The notes under the pieces: model-generated
Seen by the model: the letters and a program-made list of their open reading frames with translations, nothing else
Told to the model about the DNA's origin: nothing
Databases searched by the model: none
Part shown: piece by piece, positions 51,001 to 60,972 of the stretch
How the letters are laid out: each line of letters starts with the position of its first letter
Position numbering within the stretch: the stretch's first letter is position 1
Program-made: the position numbers and the translations under genes
Source of the DNA: Tubiluchus corallicola
Taxonomy: Eukaryota > Animalia > Priapulida
Direction: 5' to 3'
NCBI GenBank assembly: GCA_030141605.1
Contig: JAQGDQ010000179.1
Span: forward strand, 62,001 to 126,000
Length of the DNA stretch: 64,000 nucleotides

Positions 51001-54000
51001 ATTGGCTGACCTACTAAATGCATATAACGAAGCCAAGTTTTACAGGCAATTCTAAATAAGTACAACTTTAGATTAAAGGGCAAGCAGAGAGAAATCTTCC
51101 GAACACTTTGATTTTGGCTTTTGTTTTCTAATTCCCTCAAATTTGGCTAGCAACTACCGATGCCTAGCATCGCACGAACAGCAATAATACGAAAACTGAA
51201 CAGCACATAAAACAGTTACAGAACAAAAAAACAGTTGCATAAATGAACTCAACCACCCACAGTGTAATGAATGCGGTTAACTTGAAATTATGTGTGGATC
51301 TGCCAAAACTTTAGCATAAAGCAGTAGCGGTTTGCCATTCAGTGCAGAATACGTCTTTGGGCCTTAAGCAACGGAATTATGGAAAGTTTAATATAATCAC
51401 ATACCAATTTAACAGAATATCTCAATTCATGAGGTAAAAGCTCTTGGCTCATGGACAGCAACAAGCTTTCAGATTCCTTATTAAATCGCATCACCGCAAC
51501 TAAAAATAGAATCAGTAGCACAGTATCAATGAATGGTTTCCTAATGCATTACTTTAGAAAGTATTCTTCCCTGTCATCATTGTCACAAATCAATATTATG
51601 ATTCGACAGCACGATATACAAAAAAGTTAAAGGTTACAATTTTTGGTTTCAATGACTCTAACACTAAGGTATCATCTCTAGAAAAACTAAGCAAATCAAC
51701 AGGGACATAATTATTTTGCCAGTGGATTTAGAAAACCTTCACAATTGTGCAGTATCAGCACATTGTTGATAAACATCTGCACAAACTGATCAATAAATCA
51801 CTGTAGCAACGACTCACTTTGAGACAAAACAGTCATGTGAACAATGTAGCAAGAACAGAATGTCTTGAGAAATTTTTATCGAAACTGCACCCGATTCAAA
51901 ATCAATTAAGATGGGACACGTCTTTATTTTTCAACTAAAATTTTAGTTTATATACCTCTAACAAAGCTTCTCAAGGCATACGTAATAAATAAGTCTTCAT
52001 GAGCAGCTGCACGATGCACTTCACTTAGGGGACAAAATGCCTGGAAATTAATAAAAAGATAACCTCAGATAAGTGACCTTAGCATTAGCCTGTAACAAAC
52101 TTTATTTCTGCAGAAAACCTATCTTATTTACAGTGATCACCATTAATATATTCATGAATACTAAAAATAGTATTACCTATGCATTAACACACATCCACAT
52201 TATACTGTCACAATACCATAAGATCTCCTTTTCATTTTAGCCAGAAAGCAATGTAATACGAAATGCTAATAAGCTGTAAATTGACTTGATCGTAAACCAG
52301 AAAGTGACCTTGATTCCAATCTCCCAGATACAGCGGCGGCTGCTTCCCACGTCGGCACATATGACAGTTATATTGAAGCCAGACTCCTGTTTGCTTGAGA
52401 TCTGCCCAATAAGAACATCGCCTACCTGCAAGCTCTACAAAAGCAAGCAAACGTGTGAGACACCCAACATCAAAGAAAATGATTATAAATGAAAGGAGTA
52501 AAATGAAAAACAACACAAATTATATCTCAAATAGTAACATAAAATAAATTTTAGTGACAGTATAGGTTATGCACCAACATGTCATTTAACAAACACATTT
52601 ATCATTCACTGATCTCAAGTACTTAGCTTTATTGCAACTAAATAGAGTTTGTACTGATATGCTGATTTATACAAATTAGTTGGAAAGACTTCTAAATTCT
52701 CAAATTAAACATGTTCAAAGTAAAGAAACTGCTGAACAGTGGCACCTCATAACTTTAACTTGTGTGTATGTGTGTGTGTGTGTGTTGTGTGTGTGCGCAT
52801 TATTCTACACACACGCCTTTGAAAATATTTAAATATAACTAATAAACTTCTCTTCTGGAGTACAAAGGCATACCTTCCAAAAAAGAACTACTACACAACT
52901 TGTAGAACTACAAAAAATGTCTCAAAATTAGGGCCAAATTAATAGATAGCTTTAACAAAAAAATGAAATCAAGAGAGAACTAGGATTCAAAAACGATTTC
53001 AAGCTTTGCCTTGTCCTGCAGTTTAGTGATAGTCCTGAAAGGTAATATGGAAAAAATTAATTACAACGACTCAGCAAATTTGCAAACTGCTACTTGGCAG
53101 TTGTACTACATTAGTTACATTCTAACCATCAAATGAATGATAAAATGTAAGAAATTACAAGCAACATCAGGACGTTTTTGACTTACCTTAAAAAAATGAC
53201 GTCTCTGGTGTGCAGCAGCTACTCCCATATAAGACTCAATTGGGGGCATTACAGCATGAAAGTCTGAAAACAAAATAGCACAATTCATGAAAAAAATGGA
53301 TAGCTACTTTTTGCATGTATAAAAAACTTAGATAGAATAGTAAGAGTTTTATTCAAAAAATTTTAAGAAACAATTTAATCTAATCAATGTGAGATGATTA
53401 AGATGGAACAGTGTAAGATGGAATGAAGTGTTCCAAAGTTTAGTATATAAACAATAGAAACTGCAGAATTCTTACTACATGTACAACTGCAATACTAGAA
53501 GAAAGCTTAGTTTTGTTCAAAGATTAAGAGATTTAAGCATCCTTCTGTCAAAATCTTGCTACAAGTATTTCAAAAAATGGTTGTAACGTTTAACGACCTT
53601 CTTCGTCAAGGAAGGGTGACTGCTGTTTTTGCTGTTGATTTTTTCTTGTGAAGAGTACATCACTCTTTTGTGCGATAAATCGCAGCAGCCTGCTTCTCAA
53701 ATCTTGTTCTTTAACACTGTAACAAAAACATGAAAATAAATATCAAACTCACATGATATTAGACAGCAATCTTCGCAGCAATCACTTACAGGTAGACGTA
53801 AAGAATAATAACTTCTTATATGTAGAATCTCAAGAGAATGATCTCATAAAGCTTTTAGCTAAATTTGTAAGCCTCACTACAATGGGAGCTTGGAACATTT
53901 TTAATCCATATTGTTTTTTATAATACTGTCATTAAGAAAATTACATATGTAAATATTTGGACAAACACTGAGTTGCAATACCATTATACTCTCAAAACGA

Positions 54001-54366
54001 AATTAAAAGAAGAATAAAAATGAGCTAACAGGATATGAACAGTTACACCTTTGCAGTTTTCTCGTGGTTGACATGTTATGTGTACGAAATCTTATGCAAC
54101 AACCACAGAAGTGAAAAACTGTACCTAGCCACCTGCTACGCACGTTTACACAAGGCTGTAACTTACAAAACCTATATAGTTACGTACACGTTCAAACAAG
54201 CTTTTTTAAGTTTTCACCTTTGTGGTGTTGGTTTTGTCGGTTTGTCGCACTGGATACGTGAGCTGCGCAGGCCTGACAAAAAATCTCGATGTTGTTCTGC
54301 CTGGATGCATTGCAGCAGCTCGTTGCCATGATAAGCAACTGCATTGGCAATCTGATCGGTCTGCAT
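36025..54366 (-). CDS. TTC14: Tetratricopeptide repeat protein 14 (S1-like domain, TPRs, very long RS-rich tail), ~1587 aa
   Basis: 13 phase-consistent GT-AG exons: 54366-54218, 53716-53598, 53263-53187, 52434-52309, 52040-51956, 51499-51405, 44048-43864, 43284-43213, 42520-42401, 41923-41801, 41627-41495, 39596-39487, 39394-36025 (4764 nt). TTC14-like motifs RFIAQKSDVLF, FHAVMPPIESYM, GDVLIGQISS, AFCPLSEV, EELPSYYRRS, WALKCV..GV..FKAG, NIEALVARGAL.AN.GSL..A..DFE.AL..NP.HKNARKYL. Confidence 0.93.
40334..41186. mobile_element. Tc1/mariner (pogo/Tigger-type) MITE in a TTC14 intron
   Basis: TIR CAGTAGGTGCC(G/A)CTTA(A/T)TAGAC at both ends, flanked by TA. Confidence 0.85.
44469..44688 (-). repeat. 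3' LTR of the Bel/Pao element
   Basis: Matches 50886-51105; on the minus strand it is preceded by the polypurine tract at 44689-44699. Confidence 0.95.
45029..45871 (-). CDS. Bel/Pao integrase core and C-terminus (frameshifted part of the polyprotein)
   Basis: SDNGLNF, W.FNPP.APHFGG.YE, LNSRPLT, LTPNHFL, W.RW..E.LP.L, GQWP.GRI..V.PG.DG..R, RPITKLCPL. Confidence 0.9.
   Translation of the reverse strand: MPLHLYDIAGSALEIAFGLDTDSFLNAFYRMVNRRGLPTEMLSDNGLNFVGANNELQSLLAKLDEEKIQRTSANQGIKWHFNPPLAPHFGGAYEIMVKAAKRAIFAILGNADVTDEELMTAFTGAEALLNSRPLTYQTADEKDDIPLTPNHFLFGQVGGQFAPESVDTTDFNPRKRWRRVQELIRHFWKRWMREWLPGLNRRSKWNRVQRDIQVNDIVLVISPKTPRGQWPMGRILEVYPGSDGHTRVAKLKIGNSELTRPITKLCPLEFIEEEKPDNQK
45832..48417 (-). 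CDS. Bel/Pao RT, RNase H and integrase zinc finger (part of the polyprotein)
   Basis: LPHFPIIRPDRETTKVRMVFD, DIAEMYL, YMDD, FDPLG, FVDAS..AY, IPRLE, W.DS..VL.WI, and an HHCC zinc finger. Confidence 0.92.
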   Translation of the reverse strand: MLQQFWQIDSAGTMPSCRILDIDAENALAKVEKSMKMTDGHYEVCIPWKDNSVELPSAKLSYEKALKSLQSTEKRLLKNPEVAKIYEDNIQQYVKKGYIRQVTSLEDQQCGRWFLPHFPIIRPDRETTKVRMVFDSSEECDGVSLNDVISPGPKLQRDLFDVLLRFRKNPVALVSDIAEMYLMIKIVPEDRVYHRFLWRNFENRQPDQYEFERVVFGVNASPFLAQFVMRKHAEKFQLQYPMATETILYSTYMDDSMDSAIDDEQGIELYSQLSSLWEKAGMRARKWLSNSPVVLAEIPQEERASEINLDEGLLPSIKTLGVLWLAKEDVFTFKPKSIDIDNFLFTKRNILRKFATIFDPLGFLAAFLIRGKIIMQEMWTAGLGWDDELDENLQCKAKMWFTELTEMPEIHIPRCLVTEGGTDSCTLHTFVDASQEAYAAVSYLRCTYPDGIISCRLIAAKSRVAPLIAISIPRLEMMAAILGLRLTDHIAGALNMELKNAIFWCDSMNVLWWIRSRSRTLKPFIANCIGEIQSQTFPHQWRHVTSKENAADAVTRGKTANQLINDEKWWSGPKFLHKNEQEWPSKIIEFQQVDDAELRKPTKIRHVSNRETAETYITGPIQNQDDNWRLKPERFSSWLRLIRVQAWVHRFLENCRDSKLHKKFGELEPDELQDVEISIVRNMQREAFSLEYKLLQNNQQLPKNSNLLKLQPRLDEDGVIRSEGRLIHAEYLSYDARHPIILPKNNWVTKLIIGHHHEKAHHAIGVNQTLASLSARYWVISGREEIRKFEKECAKCREQKAQTATQVMAPIPEIRVKLPLRAFARTAVDFAGPFITVQGRGKRRQKRYLCLFTCMTSRAVL
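48543..50744 (-). CDS. Bel/Pao Gag and aspartic protease (part of the polyprotein)
   Basis: IPVFNGD...Y..W gag core, three Zn knuckles (CKVCNGPH....C, CYRCLG..H....C, C....C...H...H), protease LLDDASTRSY and DMLIGSD. Confidence 0.92.
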   Translation of the reverse strand: MSQQQQSAGKESDRVRSAKIINTSRQELKAEKASAKSALTKLKNKLLQLISQEVHQDEWETRQNILDLFDKIDEAQSRAMSVVENLLENYLTDETGGQKIEECIDEVIDELEKLSDEYATVYSKAQVYLQTLKLGHGGGSTATARASANIESDNMHSPWATPPAKPVGSDIPTTSATEHYNVKAELYEEAHFDSEQREFSNTSWTRHQTADRYNTAATVQHEDVSIGVDMWRQLKRVSIPVFNGDKKSYENWKAAFCACIDSAPATAEYKLLQLRQYLSGEALKVIENLGHSAVAYQAAKERLDRKYGGRRRQVALQLEELERFRPIRTEHAKEIEKFADLLDLTVVNLQEAGRHEELGNGSLYPKLKKKMPESMLAQFQRWLFEKRRAENVISLREWIIREAEFYTIAHETVYGLGASNLDTKLKPRSYFGTTGDNQEAAVSRSSQSQRLCKVCNGPHGVWRCDEFGKMSIPQRWDSAKRLNLCYRCLGSDHQGQTCPRSRVCGIDSCKYNHNRFLHSSKEVRENNSHLAATNKNYNNAVGSTPSSIKPAAEDGSSHPSSTSTIPPDKQNSAVTMTSGNPKIVEKIMLRTIPIIVKNGNRKLTINALLDDASTRSYINSDVAAELGLEGETQQINVSVLNGQTKVFETRPVTFNLQSVNGQLDMKFSALTAERVTGNLNVINWNECSHKWDHLKAIEFPKLGRRLIVDMLIGSDYTDLHYAYRDVRGKPGSQ
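50873..50883 (-). promoter_or_regulatory. Primer binding site complementary to the 3' end of initiator tRNA-Met
   Basis: TGGTAGCAGAG begins 2 nt after the 5' LTR; animal initiator tRNA-Met ends in ...CTCTGCTACCA. Confidence 0.85.
50886..51105 (-). repeat. 5' LTR of the Bel/Pao element
   Basis: TG...CA ends, identical to 44469-44688, flanked by TSD CTTTG. Confidence 0.95.
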
Positions 54367-54516
54367 CTTTCGTCGCTGCTTGGTCGGAAATTGCCCAAAA
54401 CTCAAAAATCAATATTTAAAGCAGCTAGTGCATTTTGTTTACATTTAAAGAGGACATCATCAAATTTGTAAACACCTAGAAAAAATAAGAGAACACATTG
54501 CAAATTAACACTCGCA

Positions 54517-54526
54517 CGCATGCGCA
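54517..54526. promoter_or_regulatory. NRF1-like motif upstream of TTC14
   Basis: CGCATGCGCA about 150 bp upstream of the TTC14 ATG in otherwise AT-rich DNA. Confidence 0.4.
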
Positions 54527-54849
54527 TCAGCAATGTATAAAATTTAGACATTTTTAAAATTCCCAGGCATTTTACATAATATCTATGCGTTTTAAGAAGT
54601 GTAAAATAAACATTTTTACTGCGGCTTTATCATACTTTACCTGGACGTTATGTATAATACCTAGAATCTATACAGAATGCATACAGTTAGTTTGGCAACG
54701 TGTAAAATTAACATATTTCATGTTGAATCTAAGCTTTTTTGAATAACAACTTGTACATCACACAGCTATTGTATGAAATGTATAGAACATACACAATGTA
54801 CAAAATTAAGCAAGCAATTCAAATAAGTGGGAGAGTTAACTGTTGTATT

Positions 54850-55280
54850 GGCAACAGATGCAGCATCAGTATTTCTGACATGTGCCTTGACCAGGTGGTC
54901 CACTTTCCATACCTAAGAAGCTTGTTGTCCAATAAACGCAACAAACGAAGGCAACTAGTACATAAACAACACTGATGTGCTCGAAGGAGCCAACACCCAG
55001 AGTATTGAGTCAACTATTGTGAAACACAATTTTATTGTCAGTACATGTCATCAGAATGAGCAAGACTAAACTTCCTCATCAAATTTTCTTTAGCAAATTC
55101 AAAACCTGCAAAAGACCACGAGGTGCCCTTTTGCAGACTGACTATAATCCACGCTCAAACAAGCAAAGCAAACAGAAATCAAAGTCAAGCTCAACAGTGC
55201 TCTCTGCCAACTCTCGAATGCCGACTGTATCACTGACGCAAGAATTGCTCTCCTAAGTCAACACTGTCACAACCACAGAG
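54850..55280 (+). mobile_element. Degenerate RTE-type LINE fragment
   Basis: LDQVVHFPYLRSLLS and HVIRMSKTKLPHQIFF..KRPRG resemble the RTE motifs F.YLGS and HV.RM...RLP......G.RPRG. Confidence 0.7.
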
Positions 55281-55597
55281 GAAGAACGATATTGGGAGGA
55301 ACTTGAATTCTCAGAAAAGAGAAATGGTGAATGAGAGAAGAAATGTGCTTACTGCACACATTTGCAGCACAGTGAAATACGACATTTTCAGACATTCTCT
55401 AAATTTTAATTGGCATTTTGCTTAAGCAAACTTTTGCATTATATATAATGCCTAGGAAAAGTGTTGAAGAAATTCTATAATAATATATAATAACATGTAC
55501 AAAAAATTTATATTTACCTTTAAAAACAATGAAACAATGACCATAATAAAAATAAACAATCAGTGATTGGTCATGCTAAAACATACACTGTTGCATT

Positions 55598-55640
<43 letters not shown>

Positions 55641-58332
55641 CACTTGTTAGCTCAGTTGCTCATTAACTCACTCATTCACTTATATTTGCTCTTTTAGCAC
55701 TGGTCAGTTGTGTTACAATATAGCATAGTAACCAAAACAACTTATTTAGAATATTTAACTGACACAGTACACTAAACCCTTGATTAATTAGGTTCTTGTA
55801 TTTTCACACATCAGCTATAACCAAAAATAAAAATTCAGTGGGATTACACTAATAATTACATAGAGTATATAATGTAATAGAGGTTCATACTTACGCACCA
55901 CCTAAAACAACAACTACTAAACAAAACTAAGATTATTCAACATTTGTGTCTAGCTCTTCAGCACTAATCAACCAATGGCAACTATTTCGCACATGAGAAT
56001 TAAACGTGCAGGTAGAGCATGTAGATTATTAACTAATCTGGAATTACGATGTGCTGAGCACAATTATGCATTAGCTTTTCAAATGCGGTAATTGCAAACA
56101 ATGTCAAAACAACTCAGTAGGCTACTGCTATAACGTTGTAGATCTGCAATACAATACAGTAACTGTTGCGCATCATATACATTTTGGCTTAAGACTCACT
56201 CTGTCTGTATTTTGTTTTTGGCCCATTAAAGTAGAGATTTTTTACCCTTATACGCCAGAAATAAGGCTAAAAGTTCCACAGTTTCGCTACATGCACGCGC
56301 AGATACTGTAGGTCAATGGTTAACTGAACACCAACAACGTGTCTTAACTACAACAGCCACGCAGCATGTGGGGAAAGCAGTCGTCTGCCACATCAGTTCA
56401 GAAACTTCACTTGTGTCACCATTTCCTTGTTGTTTTATATGGATTTTACTTAATTATGCATTAGTTTGTGTGATATAGACTGACTTAGTAGCAGGACCTT
56501 GCTTGGAAACAAGAACAAATGAATTAGATAAAGTTCTAGCTAGCTGTTAAAACAGTTACTATCACGATAGCATGGGCTGCAAAGCATTGTCAAGTGTACA
56601 CAAATGTGTTGTTCTGGTTCACTTAACCTATGGTCTTTGATCACGATCACCATCAATTGCTGGAACTGTGAATAGGCTTATTATCAACGTTCAGAAAAAA
56701 CCACAATGATTTTCGCGAAAGCAGATAATGATGAAAGTTTATCTCAAACATTTCACAACTTAATGATGCAGTACAGTTTCGCAAACACAATACAAATATA
56801 AACAGCCACCAGTGAAATAAATAACACGAGTCTAAGATTCTACAAGGTTGTGCTATAAAATGTGGCTAAACATTAAACATTGTTGCAGGACCTAGTTTTG
56901 TAAGACATGGTGCAAACAAGATGGCACAAAAGTATTGAATAAAAGGAGACTTTTAATGAAATAGATTCATGGCAGAATTGATAGATGGCAATTAGACGCA
57001 CACGCTTCATATTATAAATTAATAATAAATATTATAATAAAAAAAAAAAATAACGCTATAATAAAATGCCACACATTTGATGTTTCCTCTAAGTGGTACC
57101 ACTCGTAAACACTTTGGCTGTTAACCTAAAATGGTGAGGATGCATAGATCATACATCAAACATGGCAGAGATACCTCTCTTATCTCCTCATCTTAGAGGC
57201 AAATTTTTAATAATGAGCAGGGTCTGATCATGCCACAGACACCTTCTTGACTAGGTCCTGACTTTGAACGCTGAATTCTGATTTGCAGTGTGCCGAAGTA
57301 CATAAGAAATTGGATGACTGTAATAGGGCTGTAACGATACACATAAATCATGATACAATATATATAACACGATACTTCAAGTCTGCTAAAGCTGGGCTCA
57401 ATGCACTGACTGTTACGTATCTACAGTATATTTTTATTATTATACTACACAAGTGTATGGTTTTAAACTATATTACTCTTATGCGAAAAGATCTAGCAAA
57501 ATAGCGCAGCAATCCACATAAAATGAAATAAGTGAAGCCAAGAACTCTTACCATTACAACAGTGGGAATTGTCAAGTGTAAAAATGTGTTGCTTGGTTCA
57601 GATAATGTTGTTAGGTTCACTTAACCTTTGACCTTTTCACTATCATCATCAATTACTTGAACTGCGAAAAGGCTTATTACGCTATTTTTTTACCCCCTTT
57701 CCTAATTGGTCAGCAAAGATCTAACAAGCTAACCTGATGAAAAACCCTATGAAAAATTGATGAAATGATTTGCTTTTAAATAAATATTCATAATCTAAGT
57801 TCAGCCATTTCATGGCAGATAAATACTTGTTTGTGGCTTTTGAGTGATTCCAAAATATTTATGTACGATCACGACACAGAATAACTGTTTTTCACTCACA
57901 TCATAAAATTATAATGCAAATACTAAAGACAAATTTCAACATAAAAATGTATAGCAAGACACATGGTTGTATGGAAACTGAAAAATGCATTACAGAACAT
58001 TTTGCTATATAGTGTTCATCTAGCATGATGTGGCAAACTTATATTTGTGAGAACATGTTGTTTATAAATGAAATGAAACAATGTGGTTTGGCTGATATTG
58101 AGCATTAATATGAAGGCCTGTAACTGAAGAGATTTCAGTTCAGTGTAAGTGAAAAGAAATAGCTTTGATGGGCACTACAATTTTTGGTTACTGAAAACTG
58201 CACAAACAGTTATTCTGCATTATTAGTTTTGAACTTCATAATTCAACTTTTTGTACAGTAGTAGTTGGGATGTTCCACAAATAATACAGACCTGCTTTTA
58301 CTAGCAACTGAGTTTAGTCACCAACTATCGCC

Positions 58333-58799
58333 CATAGGCATGGCTAGGTGAAGGCAATCGCCCGTGGGCGCAAGGGTGAGAGGGTGCAAAATTCTTCTAG
58401 TTTCAAAATTTAATGTACTATTGTGAAAACCTGTCGTGTTCTGTATTTTTCATAATCTTTACATGATTTTAATGCTGGAGCTCAGTGTTTAAGAACTGTC
58501 GTGTTATGAATAACTAATGCATAGAAGAGAGTTATTCTGGTGCAGTACCACAAATCAAACTCAGGGTGATTCTAAGAAAAAATATGTTTATCTTTATCCT
58601 CTCATGTCGAAAAAGGAAAGTGTCTCAGGAATGCAAAAAACACACGAAATTTTCCCGTGTCGAAAAAGGAAAGTGGGCTCAGGGATGTAAAAACACGCGC
58701 AATTTGTGACATCACCCACGAAACAAATGATCAAAACATTAAAATAGGGCGCTAGAAGTTTTTTGCCCCTGGGCCCCACAAACACTTGCTACGCCTCTG
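58333..58799. mobile_element. hAT-like MITE
   Basis: Inverted termini CATAGGCATGGCTAG / CTTGCTACGCCTCTG and an 8-bp TSD CTATCGCC / CTATCACC (one mismatch). Confidence 0.7.
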
Positions 58800-58889
58800 C
58801 TATCACCTACCAGCAACTACCTTAACGTTTTTTGCAGTTAATTCGACTTTACTACATCTGGGCCAGCTAAGAATATTTCTCAACACTTC

Positions 58890-59360
58890 ACTTGAGCAGA
58901 TGCACTTGTAATATCACCGTTACAGATGGTAGCGAGAGTAGGTTTAACCTTACCATACCTTGGCCCTTAGTTCACATTACCCAAATAAATTTTGCAAGTT
59001 GTGCCAGAGCGTTAACAGTTTTTGCTGCGATTGCGATACTCGACTCTCTCCACCTATCAGAGGCGGGCACCTTTATAGGGTGCGAAGTCTATTCTTCTAT
59101 AACGCTGATCTTTTAGTTGTCTTTTCCAAGTTTAATGTCTTTATTTCTCTTTATCCTGTATTCCATACATTCGTACACTAGATTTCTAATTTCTAGCAAT
59201 CCTTCCTTTTCACTGTTCATTAATACATCTGAGTTCAAATTTTTTTCCGATTCTCCATATCTGTAACATCTAAGCATATGTTCAGTAATGTCATCATCTT
59301 CCTCACACATTGGGCATAATATTAATAACTGATCCTTAAACTCATTCTTGCAGTTCACAA
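58890..59360 (-). mobile_element. LINE 3' fragment (terminal CCHC motif and 3' UTR)
   Basis: CPMCEEDDDITEHMLRC, a C..C......EH...C motif typical of non-LTR ORF2 ends. Confidence 0.6.
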
Positions 59361-59512
59361 ATAAAACGTTGTGAAGTTAAGAACAGGTAACATTTGCAGG
59401 GGAATTCAGAACTTTTGTGTTAAAATATATTAAGATTCAGACATTATGACCGTTATTTACATTATTTTCTAATTAACTCTTAATCTTTCAAACGTCAATT
59501 TCCTACTCTCAC

Positions 59513-59906
59513 GAAGATGGCGATGTTCAGTCGCAACCGCGCAGTGAGTATGAGCAATGTTTGACGTTGAATAAGTTGAATTGTGAAGGGGGTAAATTGT
59601 CGTGCATGGTGCATCTCTTGCGAACACCACACTATCATCAATATCTGCTGAAGTACTGCGCGAATGTTCAATTTTATTCACTCTGATGTACTCTTGAAAA
59701 AAAACGTATTTGTAATAAATGCTACTTCAAAGCTTTAGAAATAGAACTTTTTTGAAGAGTGCAAATGAATCGAACAGTGCACACAAACATTTATTATTTT
59801 CCCCAGTAATTAGAAATTTACCATGTACAATTACTGTAACACAGAACAGAAGCCCGAAAATAATGAAGCTCAAATTAGAAAAGTACAAACTGTCGAAGAC
59901 ACACAT
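59513..59906 (-). CDS. Putative orphan small secreted or N-terminally anchored protein (first two coding exons)
   Basis: Exon 59906-59822 (MCVFDSLYFSNLSFIIFGLLFCVTVIVH, donor GTAAAT) and exon 59692-59513 (180 nt, phase 1-1, open frame); TATATATA at 60232-60239. No homology recognised. Confidence 0.3.
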
Positions 59907-60545
59907 ACACAGCACTTCATGCACGTTCAATTCAAGGGAATGCGCAGAGGCGATCGTCTGAAATACCAGAAAAACATCCCTCACCCAAATTCAAAATTTC
60001 TGCAGAAAGGACCCCCCACTTTGCTGCTAACATTGTAGTCTCATAATAATTACATTTACTGGGATAGATGTTGACAGTTTGACCAAAAATTTTGAGTTTT
60101 TTACTTGTGCATCAAGAAATGATTACGTACTTTTAATAACATTGTAAAAATATATAAATTTTAGTAATTATATTGTGTCATTTATCATGATTGGCTAAAT
60201 AATAGTAGTCCTCCCGAGTCCAGGTCCTCGGTATATATAGAGGCAGAGTTGACCTGAGCTAACTGGCCAATGTTATTATAACTACAGATCACGTGTCACG
60301 TTAATATTTGTTCTCATATTCAGTTCCAAAAACCCTGACGCAGTGGTCGGTACTGTGCAGACTATTTAAATAGAGGATAGGATTTTTATAGGTATTCATA
60401 TTTCTTACATTAATTTGTGATTAATATTTATATTGGCGCCTGCTACTAACTATACCAACTACACTATGACAAGAGGTGTATGAACAAAGTTTTCATTTAA
60501 TGTCTACAAGAAAGAAAACTGTTTGTCCCAATCCCTTGCGGCCTG

Positions 60546-60972
60546 TTAAGTGGCGTCAGTTTACCAGACATCCTCAATGCAATGGCGTTATTCGGATACA
60601 GAATTGATAAATCGGTTTATATTGTTTTCAATGTACCCATTTATCAGACCCGCGTTGTGGGTTATTTTTTCTGCAGCTATTTCCTGTTGATTTTTATTCT
60701 ACAGCGATTCTGCAAATGGATATCGCTTAAAGTGGCATTTACGTAGATACGGATATGTATTCGGATGTTTTTTCCACCTGTGCAACAGCAGCGGAATAGC
60801 TCGCGGAAAAAATCAAGAGGATTTAGCTGCAGAACAAGAATAACGATTACACAGGCTGCATAAACGGGTGTGTTGAAAACAGCGTAAACCGATTTTATCT
60901 ATTCCTCACCCCCCCCCCCCAACGCATCCGCATCCGGATGCTACGTAAACGCTACTTAACGCATACACATCC
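60546..60972. mobile_element. Two oppositely oriented copies of one MITE (PIF/Harbinger-like)
   Basis: 60600-60715 is the diverged reverse complement of 60790-60905. TIR-like AAGTGGCATTTACGTAG..CGGAT (~60730) pairs with ATCCGGATGCTACGTAAACGCTACTT (~60933-60958); flanks are TTA/TAA. Confidence 0.55.

Larger units (their letters stand above)
44469..51105 (-). mobile_element. Full-length Bel/Pao LTR retrotransposon in TTC14 intron 6
   Basis: 220-bp LTRs (TG...CA) at 44469-44688 and 50886-51105, identical by eye; 5-bp TSD CTTTG (44464-44468, 51106-51110); PBS TGGTAGCAGAG; PPT GAGGGGGGAAA; gag-PR-RT-RH-IN order with Bel/Pao motifs. Confidence 0.97.

Noticed and set aside
44523-51140. Two near-identical 64-66-aa ORFs (44523-44717 and 50940-51140) as duplicated small genes
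   Set aside because: They are incidental translations of the two LTRs.
56240-56430. Cys-rich exon with an in-frame TGA read as selenocysteine
   Set aside because: No recognisable selenoprotein motif or SECIS element, and the exon boundaries are weak.
56586-58100. Cluster of box C/D or H/ACA snoRNAs
   Set aside because: Box-like words (TGATGA, CTGA, ACA) occur but are not conserved between the two repeat copies, and I found no rRNA-complementary guide. An Infernal/Rfam scan would be decisive.
59514-59522. YY1 motif AAGATGGCG marking a plus-strand gene start
   Set aside because: No supporting plus-strand gene structure follows, and it coincides with the end of the putative minus-strand exon.
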